A program made the position numbers and the translations under genes. Under the pieces are notes generated by a model, which did not search any database, had not been told where the DNA came from, and saw nothing but the letters and a program-made list of their open reading frames with translations. DNA of 55,280 nt. Origin: an uncultured Bacilli bacterium (GTDB lineage Bacteria > Bacillota_I > Bacilli_A > RF39 > UBA660). Shown here piece by piece: positions 9,073 through 17,970 of the stretch. The stretch lies in contig CALVSA010000004.1 of the NCBI GenBank assembly GCA_944358825.1, positions 1 to 55,280 on the forward strand, in the 5' to 3' direction. Position 1 is the first letter of the stretch, and each line of letters begins with the position of its first letter.

Positions 9073-10916
9073 TATCCCTTAACTCTCAATATTCTAATAG
9101 CATTTAAAATAGCCAAAACACTAACACCAACGTCCGCAAATACTGCTAACCACATACTAATAATACCAACAGCACTCAAAAGAAGAACAAAAACTTTTAC
9201 TGAAATAGCAAAAATAATATTTTCTCTAACTATTTTCATTGTCTTTTTTGATATCTTAATCGCATTAGCAAGTTTAGAAAGTTCATCACTCATAATAACT
9301 ATATCACTAGCCTCTATTGCTGCATCACTTCCTACTCCACCCATAGCAACACCAATATCTGCTAAAGCTAAAACAGGAGCATCATTAATACCATCACCCA
9401 TAAAAACTAATTTAGATTTAGAATCTTTTTTACTAATTAAATCTTCAACTATTTTTACCTTATCTTGCGGTAATAATTCAGAATAGTATGCATCTAAATT
9501 TAACTTTTTAGAAACCTCTTTACTAATTGAATCTAAATCACCAGTTAACATAATTATTTTATCAACATTATTCTCTCTAAACAACTTAACAGCCTTATAT
9601 GCATCTTCTTTTATCTTATCAGCTATTATTATAAAACCAACAAATTGATTATCAATAGCAACATAAATAACTGTACCAACTTCTTTACTTTTAGTATATT
9701 TTACTCTATATTCTCTCATTAATTTCTCATTACCCACTAATACTTCTTTACCATCAACAGTAGCTAGTATCCCTTTACCAGATATTTCTTTAGTAGCAGT
9801 AACTAAATTCTTATCAATCTTTTTATTATAAGCTTCCTTTAATGAAATAGAAATTGGATGATTAGAATAAACTTCAGAATATACCGCATACTTTAATAAT
9901 TCATCATCACTAATACCAACTGAACATACTTTTTGTACCTTAAATACGCCCTCAGTCAAAGTACCAGTCTTATCACAAACAATTATTTTTGTATCAGATA
10001 AAGCTTCCAAATAATTACTTCCCTTTACTAAAACACCTATTTTTGATGCTGCACCTATTCCGCCAAAAAAACTAAGTGGAATAGAAATAACTAATGCACA
10101 AGGACAAGAAACAACTAAAAAAGATAAAGCTCGATATAACCAATCATCAAACGAAAGATTAAATAAAAGTGGTGGAAAAATAGCTAAAATAACAGCAATA
10201 ATAACAACAATTGGAGTATAATATCTAGCAAACTTTGTAATAAAATTTTCTGAGTTTGCTTTTCTACTACTAGCATTTTCAACTAAATCCAAAATCTTAC
10301 TAACAGTCGACTCTCCAAATTCTTTTCTTACTTCAAGTTTTAAAATACCAGTATTATTAACACATCCACTTAATACTTCATCACCAACTATAACCTCTCT
10401 TGGCATCGATTCTCCCGTTAAAGCCAAAGTATTTAATGTAGAATTTCCTTCAATAACAACTCCATCTAAAGGAATCTTTTCTCCAGGTTTAATTAAAATA
10501 ATCTCTTTAACACTGACTTCATCAGGATCTACTACCACTATTTCTCCATCTCTAACAACATTAGCGTAATCTGGTCTTATATCCATAAGTTTAGCAACAG
10601 ATTTTCTTGATTTACCCACTGCATAACTTTGAAATAACTCCCCAATTTGATAAAAAAGCATAACTGCCACTGCTTCAGTAAACTCACTAATAAAAAAAGC
10701 ACCAATAGTCGCAATACTCATTAAAAAATTCTCATCAAAAACTCGACCACGAATAATATTTCTAAACGCTTTTAATATAACATCATAACTAACAACTACA
10801 TAAGAAATTATATATAAAATAATCTTAACATTATCCAAATTAACTAATAAAGATATTAACACTAAAAAGAAAGATATAATAATTCTAATTAGTTTATTAA
10901 TCATTTTCTTATCCAC
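9069..10916 (-). CDS. cadA: Cd/Zn-translocating P1B-type ATPase lacking a fused HMA domain
   Basis: FDENFLM, SCPCAL, DKTGT, GDGINDAP, AVFADVG; GTG start at 10916 behind GAGGAGG. Confidence 0.9.
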   Translation of the reverse strand: MDKKMINKLIRIIISFFLVLISLLVNLDNVKIILYIISYVVVSYDVILKAFRNIIRGRVFDENFLMSIATIGAFFISEFTEAVAVMLFYQIGELFQSYAVGKSRKSVAKLMDIRPDYANVVRDGEIVVVDPDEVSVKEIILIKPGEKIPLDGVVIEGNSTLNTLALTGESMPREVIVGDEVLSGCVNNTGILKLEVRKEFGESTVSKILDLVENASSRKANSENFITKFARYYTPIVVIIAVILAIFPPLLFNLSFDDWLYRALSFLVVSCPCALVISIPLSFFGGIGAASKIGVLVKGSNYLEALSDTKIIVCDKTGTLTEGVFKVQKVCSVGISDDELLKYAVYSEVYSNHPISISLKEAYNKKIDKNLVTATKEISGKGILATVDGKEVLVGNEKLMREYRVKYTKSKEVGTVIYVAIDNQFVGFIIIADKIKEDAYKAVKLFRENNVDKIIMLTGDLDSISKEVSKKLNLDAYYSELLPQDKVKIVEDLISKKDSKSKLVFMGDGINDAPVLALADIGVAMGGVGSDAAIEASDIVIMSDELSKLANAIKISKKTMKIVRENIIFAISVKVFVLLLSAVGIISMWLAVFADVGVSVLAILNAIRILRVKGY

Positions 10917-10917
10917 C

Positions 10918-11142
10918 CTATACCTCCTCAATAGTAACATCAGGCTCTTCTTTTTTTATTACTTTGGTAATATTTTCTAAAGCCACATCTTTATTTTCTT
11001 CCTCACACTCAAAAGTTAATTTTTCAGCCATAAAACTAATATTTACATTATCAATAACAGTAATTTTTCTTAAAGCCTCTTCCAACTCATTAGCACAGTT
11101 AACACAATCTAATCCCTTAATTTTACACTTATATTTTTTCAT
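10918..11142 (-). CDS. Stand-alone HMA domain protein (split N-terminus of CadA type)
   Basis: GLDCVNCA motif, ends EPDVTIEEV; directly upstream of cadA. Confidence 0.85.
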   Translation of the reverse strand: MKKYKCKIKGLDCVNCANELEEALRKITVIDNVNISFMAEKLTFECEEENKDVALENITKVIKKEEPDVTIEEV

Positions 11143-11156
11143 TTTATCCCTCTTTC

Positions 11157-11519
11157 CTAATTTTTATGATTAATATGCTCTAAACCAATTTCAAATAACT
11201 TAACAATATGATCATCATCTAAAGTATAATATACTTCTTTTCCACTTTTCCGACATTTAACTACCCCACTTCTTCTTAAAGTAGCAAGCTGATGCGAAAC
11301 AGAAGATTTAGTCATATTCAATACATTTGATAAATCGCAAACACACATCTCTTTTTGATCTAAAGCAAATAATATTCTACATCTAGTAGTATCGCCAATT
11401 AACTTAAATAAATCTGCTAAATGATTAAAAGTATCTTCATTAGGCATTTTATCTAAAACCTCTAAAACAGCATCTTGATGAATAATATTACAATCACAAC
11501 TAAACTCATTCCTAGCCAT
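11157..11519 (-). CDS. ArsR/SmtB (CadC-like) metalloregulator
   Basis: EMCVCDLS, SSVSHQL, VYYTLDDDHI motifs. Confidence 0.92.
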   Translation of the reverse strand: MARNEFSCDCNIIHQDAVLEVLDKMPNEDTFNHLADLFKLIGDTTRCRILFALDQKEMCVCDLSNVLNMTKSSVSHQLATLRRSGVVKCRKSGKEVYYTLDDDHIVKLFEIGLEHINHKN

Positions 11520-11543
11520 AAAATTCCTCCAATATATTATATG

Positions 11544-11567
11544 ATAGTTGAGTAAATATTCAACTAT
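11544..11567. promoter_or_regulatory. ArsR/SmtB-type operator
   Basis: ATAGTTGAGTA-AA-TATTCAACTAT inverted repeat just upstream of the regulator. Confidence 0.7.
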
Positions 11568-11658
11568 ATTAATTATAATTAAATAACCACTTAATTGTCA
11601 AGTGCTTTTAAGTATAAAAAAAAATATTTTTAATATACATTAATCAGGAGGGATAACA

Positions 11659-11775
11659 ATTAAAACTACATATAAAATAAATAATATTATTAATAACAAA
11701 AATGAAATAAAAATAAAAGAAATAATAAATCAAAAAATATATAATATAATAAAATTATTAGAATTAAATATATAG
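11659..11775 (+). CDS. 38-aa small protein upstream of LSR2, candidate directionality factor (ATT start)
   Basis: GGAGGG RBS 6 nt before ATT; (M)KTTYKINNIINNKNEIKIKEIINQKIYNIIKLLELNI*; ends 14 bp before the LSR ATG. Confidence 0.5.
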   Translation: MKTTYKINNIINNKNEIKIKEIINQKIYNIIKLLELNI

Positions 11776-11789
11776 TTTTAATATTAATT

Positions 11790-13325
11790 ATGAATAAATT
11801 AAAAGTTGCTATTTATTTAAGATTATCTGATGAAGATAAAAATAAAATAAATAAATTAGATGATAGTGAATCAATAAAAAATCAAAGAAATTTATTATTA
11901 GAAGAAATAAATAAACACCCTAATTATATATTAATAGGTGAATATTGCGATGAAGACTTATCAGGAGCGGGTACTTATCGCCCTGAATTTGAAAGATTAA
12001 TAAATGACTGTAAAAATGGTAAAATAGATATAATATTATGTAAAAGCCAATCAAGATTTTCTCGTGATATGGAAATAATAGAAAAATATTTACATAATAA
12101 ATTTATCGAATGGAATATTAGATTTATTGGTTTATCAGATAACGCAGATACATCTAATCAAGGAAATAAAAAAGCAAGACAAATAAATGGCTTAGTAAAC
12201 GAATGGTATTTAGAAGATGTATCAAATAATATTAGAAGTGCTTTCCAAGCCAAAATGAAACAAGGAGAATATATTTCCCCTTTTGCCTCTTTTGGCTATG
12301 AAATATCAAAAAATAACAATAACAAATTAGTAATTGATCCACTAGCGTCCATAATTGTAAAAGATATTTATAAAATGTATTTAAAAGGAATGGGTTTTAG
12401 TAAAATTGCTAAAAATTTAAATGACAACCAAATACCATCTCCTTCTTTTTATAAATATAAAAAGGGAATAAAATTAAATATAAATACTAATAAAAAAAGA
12501 GAAGATGTAAAATGGTCAAGTAATGCAATAAAAAGTATTTTAACCAATGAATTATATATAGGAAATTTAATTCAAGGTAAAAGAACTACTATAAGTTATA
12601 AAAATCATAAAATAATTAAAAAAAATAAAAACCAATGGATAAAAATAGAAAATACACACGAAGCAATTATTGATAAAAATGACTTTATCAAGGTACAAAA
12701 ATTAATAAATAAAAAAATAAGACCCATTAAAAATGGTAACATCCACATTTTTTCTAAAAAAGTATTTTGTCTAGAATGTAATAGTTGCATGAAGAAAAAA
12801 AATTCTACCAAATATCAATATTTAGTATGTTCTAATACTAACTGTATAAATAATAAAGCAATTAGATATAATGAATTAGAAGAAATCATTCTAAATAAAT
12901 TAAATATAATTATAGATAAATATTTTAATATAAAAATGTTAAATAATTTAAATTTAGATATGATAAATAATAACTTATTACTTTCTTTAAATAAACAAAA
13001 AGATAATATTATAAAAGAAATAAATAAACAAGAAATATATTTAAAAAACTTATACGAAGATAAAATAAACAATATAATTAGCAAAGAGCAATTTAAGAAC
13101 TTAGTAAACGAATATAATAAAGATATAACTCTATTTCAAAAACAATTAGCTATAATTAATAATAAAATAAATAATTACAGTAATAAAATTGATAATAAAA
13201 TCTTTAATAAATATAAAAATTTAAATAAATTAAATAAAGTAATTATCGATGAGTTTATCGACAAGATATATATTAGCAAATTAAATAAAAATAAAAGAGA
13301 AATTAAAATTAAATGGAATTTTTAA
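11790..13325 (+). CDS. Large serine recombinase 2, 511 aa
   Basis: YLRLSDED, DEDLSGAGTYRP, KSQSRFSR, CLEC Zn ribbon, coiled coil. Confidence 0.95.
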   Translation: MNKLKVAIYLRLSDEDKNKINKLDDSESIKNQRNLLLEEINKHPNYILIGEYCDEDLSGAGTYRPEFERLINDCKNGKIDIILCKSQSRFSRDMEIIEKYLHNKFIEWNIRFIGLSDNADTSNQGNKKARQINGLVNEWYLEDVSNNIRSAFQAKMKQGEYISPFASFGYEISKNNNNKLVIDPLASIIVKDIYKMYLKGMGFSKIAKNLNDNQIPSPSFYKYKKGIKLNINTNKKREDVKWSSNAIKSILTNELYIGNLIQGKRTTISYKNHKIIKKNKNQWIKIENTHEAIIDKNDFIKVQKLINKKIRPIKNGNIHIFSKKVFCLECNSCMKKKNSTKYQYLVCSNTNCINNKAIRYNELEEIILNKLNIIIDKYFNIKMLNNLNLDMINNNLLLSLNKQKDNIIKEINKQEIYLKNLYEDKINNIISKEQFKNLVNEYNKDITLFQKQLAIINNKINNYSNKIDNKIFNKYKNLNKLNKVIIDEFIDKIYISKLNKNKREIKIKWNF

Positions 13326-13341
13326 TTTGTGTTCTAACTAT

Positions 13342-13357
13342 ATACAAACAGTAGCTT
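13342..13357. other. Right attachment junction of element 2
   Basis: ATACAAAC arm + AGTAGCTT core; CAAACAGTAGCTT vs left CAAAGAGTAGCTT is 12/13 identical. Confidence 0.85.
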
Positions 13358-13686
13358 TAATCAGAACACTAGCAGTTGAACCAGATATTCTTCTTTTAGA
13401 TGAAGCTTTCAGTGCTCTAGATTATCAAACAAGATTAATGGTTTCAGATGATGTTTATAGGATAATAAAAAAAGAAAAAAAGACTGCAATAATGATAACT
13501 CATGATATATCAGAAGCTATATCTATGGCAGATAAAGTAATTGTATTATCCGATCGTCCTGCGACTATTAAGAAAGTAATTGATATAAAACTTACTAACT
13601 CTTCTACTCCAATTGAAAATAGAAAATGCAAAGAATTTGCTAAATATTATGATGAGATATGGAAAGAACTTGATCATCATGAATAA
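13357..13686 (+). CDS. 3' part of split ABC ATPase (109 aa)
   Basis: LIRTLAVEPDILLLDEAFSALD (Walker B/D-loop), ITHDISEA (H-loop); continues 3157-3573 in frame. Confidence 0.92.
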   Translation, partial: LIRTLAVEPDILLLDEAFSALDYQTRLMVSDDVYRIIKKEKKTAIMITHDISEAISMADKVIVLSDRPATIKKVIDIKLTNSSTPIENRKCKEFAKYYDEIWKELDHHE

Positions 13687-14296
13687 AAGTATTCAATATC
13701 AAAAATATTTAAAGAAACAAAAAATTAATAAATTATTAGTTATACTAACTCAATTAGCAATTGTAATTTTTCTAATTGGATTATGGCAATTTTTAGCCAA
13801 TAAAGAAATAATTAATGTCTTTATTTATTCTTCTCCTCAAAAAGTTGTTGAAACAATTATATCACTACATGTGGATAATAATTTATATAATCATATTTTT
13901 ATCACTGTATACGAGACTATTATCAGCTTTATTTTAGGAACATTAATTGGAACAATTATTGCTATATTACTATGGTGGAATAACTTCTTATATAAAGTAA
14001 TGGATCCTTATCTAACTATTTTAAATAGTCTACCTAAAGTAGCTCTAGGACCAATTATAATAATCATAGTTGGAGCAAATATGAACTCTATAATTGTTAT
14101 GGCTTTGCTTATATCAGTAATAATTACAATATTAAATGTTTATAATGGTTTTAGCAATACAGACCAAAATAAAATAAATCTTTTAAAATCTTTTCAAGCA
14201 ACAAAGTTTCAAATTTTAAAAATGGTAATTTTACCTAATAGTTATCCAACTATAATAAGTAGTTTAAAAATAAATGTTAGTATGTCTTTAATAGGA
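13679..14296 (+). CDS. 5' part of split NitT/TauT ABC permease (YtlD-like)
   Basis: ATG 13679 overlaps the ATPase stop (ATGAATAA); DPYLTILNSLPKVALGP; ends SLKINVSMSLIG and then runs into element DNA. Confidence 0.9.
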
Positions 14297-14327
14297 CTAT
14301 TACCCCCGGTGGGAGAAAAAACATTTT

Positions 14328-15674
14328 TTAATAAATGTTATAGTAGATATTGATTTCATTATCATTTACTATAACTTTGTCTATTAAGTGTTCAATGATT
14401 CTTCTTTGTTCATCAAAGTCCATATCAAACCAAGTTGCTTTTAAGTTCTTTATCATATTTAAAGATACTTTGTTATCTTTTTCTTTTTGCTCTGATTCAA
14501 TCAATTTTTCTTCTATAGTTTCTTTCTCTTTTTCTAATTCATTTATTTTTTTATTAGTTTCTTCCACAGCTATACCACTTGCTATATTATTTAATAGATT
14601 ATTTATTTGTTTTGTTATTTCTTCAAGTCTTGTTCTATATTCATTTTTTACATTGACAGTTGCTATATTAAAAGTTTTCTTAAATAAATCTAAATCTAGA
14701 CTCATTTTAAATAATTCTTCTAATACTGCATCCTCAACTTCAAATGTGTCCCATCTTTTATTATTACAATTAGGATCTTTAATATATCTTGGTTTACTTT
14801 TTTGTTGTGAATAACAATACATAATTAATCTTTTTCCCCATTTTTGATATCTATACTTGGCTCCACAATGCCCACAATATACTTTTCCAGATAGTAAATA
14901 ATGTCTTTCATATTTCTCATGACTTCTTACTTTATTTACCCTTAATATTTCTTCATAAAGTTCATCAGATACTACTGCCTCATGTTTTCCATCATAGACT
15001 TCATCTTTATATGGAACTTTACCAGTATTAGTTATGGATAATATTCTAGTTTCAACTAATGATTCATCCATTCCAACTATATCTCCAATAGCATTAAAAC
15101 TTTTACCACTAATATAAAGTGAAATCATTTTATGAAGTAATTCTACTTGTTCTGGAATTGGTATTAAAGTGCCTGTATTTCTATCATAACGGTAAGGAAA
15201 TGGTATTTTACCTCCGCCTCTCCAAAGACCTGCTTCAGCTCGTTTTTTAAGTCCTATACGAGTTCTTTCTAATATTGTTTCTCTTTCAAGTTGAGCAAAT
15301 ACTGATAATACACCAATCATTGCTTTACCAAATGGAGTTGATGTATCAAAGTTCTCCCTCATTGAAATAAAACTTACATCATATTTATTAAATACTTCTT
15401 CTATTAAATATAATGTATCTCTTTGACTTCTTGATATTCTATCTAACTTAAATACAAATACAGCATCTATTTTATGATTTTTACAATCTTCAATTAGTTT
15501 TTGAATCGCTGGTCTATTTAAATCTTTACCAGAATATCCACCATCAATATAATATTCAAACTCTGTATAGTCTTTGCTTTTTGCATAACTTAACAAAAAT
15601 TCTTTTTGGGCATCTATTGAATATCCTTCAAGTTGGCTGTCGGTAGAAACTCTTGCATATAATCCCGCTTTTAT
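14328..15674 (-). CDS. Large serine recombinase 3 (SpoIVCA/CisA-like), 448 aa, apparent ATA start
   Basis: The frame extends 26 codons beyond the ORF-track start to (I)KAGLYARVSTDSQLEGYSIDAQ, which contains the catalytic Ser. GGAGG lies 7 nt upstream of the ATA; in-frame TAA at 15687-15689. Confidence 0.92.
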   Translation of the reverse strand: MKAGLYARVSTDSQLEGYSIDAQKEFLLSYAKSKDYTEFEYYIDGGYSGKDLNRPAIQKLIEDCKNHKIDAVFVFKLDRISRSQRDTLYLIEEVFNKYDVSFISMRENFDTSTPFGKAMIGVLSVFAQLERETILERTRIGLKKRAEAGLWRGGGKIPFPYRYDRNTGTLIPIPEQVELLHKMISLYISGKSFNAIGDIVGMDESLVETRILSITNTGKVPYKDEVYDGKHEAVVSDELYEEILRVNKVRSHEKYERHYLLSGKVYCGHCGAKYRYQKWGKRLIMYCYSQQKSKPRYIKDPNCNNKRWDTFEVEDAVLEELFKMSLDLDLFKKTFNIATVNVKNEYRTRLEEITKQINNLLNNIASGIAVEETNKKINELEKEKETIEEKLIESEQKEKDNKVSLNMIKNLKATWFDMDFDEQRRIIEHLIDKVIVNDNEINIYYNIY

Positions 15675-15755
15675 ATTAACTCCTCCTTATAAAGCAAGAT
15701 TATAAGATTCCAATTACATTTTACCACATAATCGGATTTTATTACATGATGATTT

Positions 15756-15866
15756 TTATATATGTGCATATTTTTTAACAATCTCATATATAACCACATC
15801 TGTAATCTTTATCTCACTTGGATTAATTTTATTTCCATTTTTATCATAGTTATTCACAATTATCAT
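15756..15866 (-). CDS. 36-aa small protein upstream of LSR3, candidate directionality factor
   Basis: GAGGTG RBS + ATG; MIIVNNYDKNGNKINPSEIKITDVVIYEIVKKYAHI. Confidence 0.62.
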   Translation of the reverse strand: MIIVNNYDKNGNKINPSEIKITDVVIYEIVKKYAHI

Positions 15867-15905
15867 AGGACACCTCTAATAATTTTTATGAAGTTTTAAA
15901 AACTA

Positions 15906-16346
15906 TTATTCGTATTCCTTTAGCATTTCTACCAATTCCAAGTATTCAGGATCATCTTCACTAAAAGGATCTGCTTCACATCTTTTACCATTCCAAACCA
16001 TAACTCCATCTTCATCATATCTTATATATGGACCTTTTCGTCCATCAATAACATCTTCAGGATTATTTGATAAATCTGTTACTTTAACATAAGTTACAAT
16101 TTTATTATCTTTATCAGTATATGAATTTAAATATCCTTTTACAAAAATCTTATTGTTCTTATAAAAAAGATCCTTATAAATATTATAAAGATCTTCATAC
16201 ACATGAAAACTAATAAAACAATTAGATTTAATTTTAGCAAAAGTATTGCAAGTAAGTCCAAATGCTATATAGTTATTAAAATGCTTAATGTTATTTATTT
16301 TACCTGATATTAAAACTTCGTTATAATTTATTTTTTCTATATCCAT
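15906..16346 (-). CDS. SSB-like OB-fold protein
   Basis: NEVLISGKI...KIFVKGYLNSYTDKD pattern of SSB OB folds; acidic tail. Confidence 0.55.
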   Translation of the reverse strand: MDIEKINYNEVLISGKINNIKHFNNYIAFGLTCNTFAKIKSNCFISFHVYEDLYNIYKDLFYKNNKIFVKGYLNSYTDKDNKIVTYVKVTDLSNNPEDVIDGRKGPYIRYDEDGVMVWNGKRCEADPFSEDDPEYLELVEMLKEYE

Positions 16347-16385
16347 GTTAACACATCCTTTCTTTTATGATAATTAGAATACTAA

Positions 16386-16433
16386 ATTATCTATTATATT
16401 ATCTATTATATTATTTTTTATATTATCTATTAT
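16386..16433. repeat. 4 x 12-bp tandem repeat (ATTATCTATTAT), possible iterons/origin
   Basis: Units at 16386, 16398, 16410 (2 mismatches) and 16422, directly downstream of an HTH Rep-like gene. Confidence 0.6.
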
Positions 16434-16534
16434 GGTCTTAATTTATTCATATAGTGTATAAGAAAATATTCATATACCTATCTTATTTATTTAATAGGGA
16501 CTATCTTAATAATTTAATATATCCCTCTTAAATT

Positions 16535-16789
16535 TTACTTATCGCTTATAAAAATTCTTCTTTGATAATCTACTGTCTTTGTTTTAATATAGTCTAGGCT
16601 TTTTAATTTACTAATAGTATTTGATATTGTGCTTTTTGAAAGATTTAATCGTTTACCAATATAATCATTGGTAGCAAAACAATAACCTTTATCATTACTT
16701 AATGCTTTTACTAATCCATATACCACTTTATCTGTTGAATTTAATTTCTTATCTTCAATAACATTGTCATTAATTACGATACAACCCAT
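16535..16789 (-). CDS. Winged-helix protein resembling a phage replication-initiator N-terminus
   Basis: DKKLNSTDKVVYG...KGYCFATNDYI...LSKSTISNTISKL pattern (HTH_36-like). Confidence 0.7.
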   Translation of the reverse strand: MGCIVINDNVIEDKKLNSTDKVVYGLVKALSNDKGYCFATNDYIGKRLNLSKSTISNTISKLKSLDYIKTKTVDYQRRIFISDK

Positions 16790-17020
16790 ATACTATTCCT
16801 TTTATTATTTTGTTTGGCATAGGCATTCTCCTTTCTTAAATAAAATTCCAATAAAAAAACTTGCATAAATTATACAAGCAAAAACGAGCTAAAGTAAAAG
16901 ATATTTATAAGCCAATATTTTAAATCCCGCCTTGGTGGATTTCTGAATCTTATATTTCTATAAGATTTGAGATACTAATCTAAATCTCCGAACATTTAGT
17001 GTATCTCCATATCTACTTAT

Positions 17021-17270
17021 CTAGCAGATATGTATTTCATACATTCCTCTTTTATATTCCTTATATATTAGTAGTTTTAGATTTTCTAATACTTTTAGAT
17101 TATTTCTAAATCCTACATGTTATTGGAATAAGATTTTGTATATCTCCTATATTGAAGTGGAATACTGTTCTATCAAATCCCCTGCAATATAGATATGAAT
17201 ATATTTCTTTTGCTTCTTGTTTAATATTTTTATTGTCCCAGATATCATTTGGTGTTTTAAACTTATTCAT
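17021..17270 (-). pseudogene. Frameshifted small winged-helix protein
   Basis: MNKFKTPNDIWDN...LIPIT continues in another frame as VGFRNNLKVLENLKLLIYKEYKRGMYEIHIC*; shift near 17118. Confidence 0.55.
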
Positions 17271-17451
17271 ACATTTGATTTCCTCCTCTCTAATTAAAAT
17301 TAACATTTAATTCTTAATTGTTAATTTTTGTTAACACACTTAATATATCATGCTAATTACATCGTTGTCAATACTTTTTATTAACGTTTTTATCAAAAAT
17401 GTTGATTTTAATTAACAATTGTGGTATTATTAATGTAGGTGGTGAAGTTAT

Positions 17452-17970
17452 ATGCCTAAAAAAAATATAGGAGAAGAAATTGCTAAAGCTAGAGAAAATA
17501 AAGGTTTATCTCAAAGACAATTAGCAAATGCCATAGGTATAAGTAATGCCGAGATATCTAAAATAGAGTCAGGAGAAAGAGAAATACCTAATCCTAAACT
17601 ATTTAGAAAGATAAGTAAAGTAATAGGTTTAAATTATAATGATATGATGGAAATGGTAGGTCTTGGTGGTAAATTAACACCTTTAAATCCTTTTATCAAA
17701 AAACATTATGAAAACTTAAAAGGCGAAGAACTAGATTATGAATGGATGTTATTTAGATCTAGTGTTAAAAGAAATGATGATATGATTGAATCCTTAAATG
17801 AAGAGCTTGCAAGTAATAAACTTTCTGAAGAAGAAAAAGATTCAGCACTAGAAACGATACAAGATTTAGAATATCAAAATGTTACTAATAAACTTATACT
17901 TGGAATACTTGATGAAAACAGACTTAAGGAGGCGAAGAAAAATGCAAAAAATAAAGATGTATTTAAATAA
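17452..17970 (+). CDS. XRE/Cro-CI family repressor
   Basis: ARENKGLSQRQLANAIGISNAEISKIESGER; divergent from the rep-ssb-LSR arm. Confidence 0.9.
   Translation: MPKKNIGEEIAKARENKGLSQRQLANAIGISNAEISKIESGEREIPNPKLFRKISKVIGLNYNDMMEMVGLGGKLTPLNPFIKKHYENLKGEELDYEWMLFRSSVKRNDDMIESLNEELASNKLSEEEKDSALETIQDLEYQNVTNKLILGILDENRLKEAKKNAKNKDVFK

Larger units (their letters stand above)
3567..13357. mobile_element. Element 2: 9,783-bp LSR element interrupting the ABC ATPase gene
   Basis: Direct repeat AGTAGCTT at 3567-3574 and 13350-13357; joining restores ...MRQRVA/LIRTLAVEPDILLLDE...; the LSR stop codon lies about 25 bp from the right junction. Confidence 0.92.

Noticed and set aside
13327..13678. ORF-track starts at 13327 (MCSNYIQT) and 13613
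   Set aside because: The first is element DNA read into the ATPase 3' half; the second overshoots the coupled ATG at 13679.
2591..14313. CCGGTGGG occurs at both the element 1 junction (2591-2598) and the element 3 left arm (14306-14313)
   Set aside because: Striking in AT-rich DNA, but only 8 bp, at different offsets from the crossover and with unrelated flanks; not enough to claim cross-recognition or nesting.
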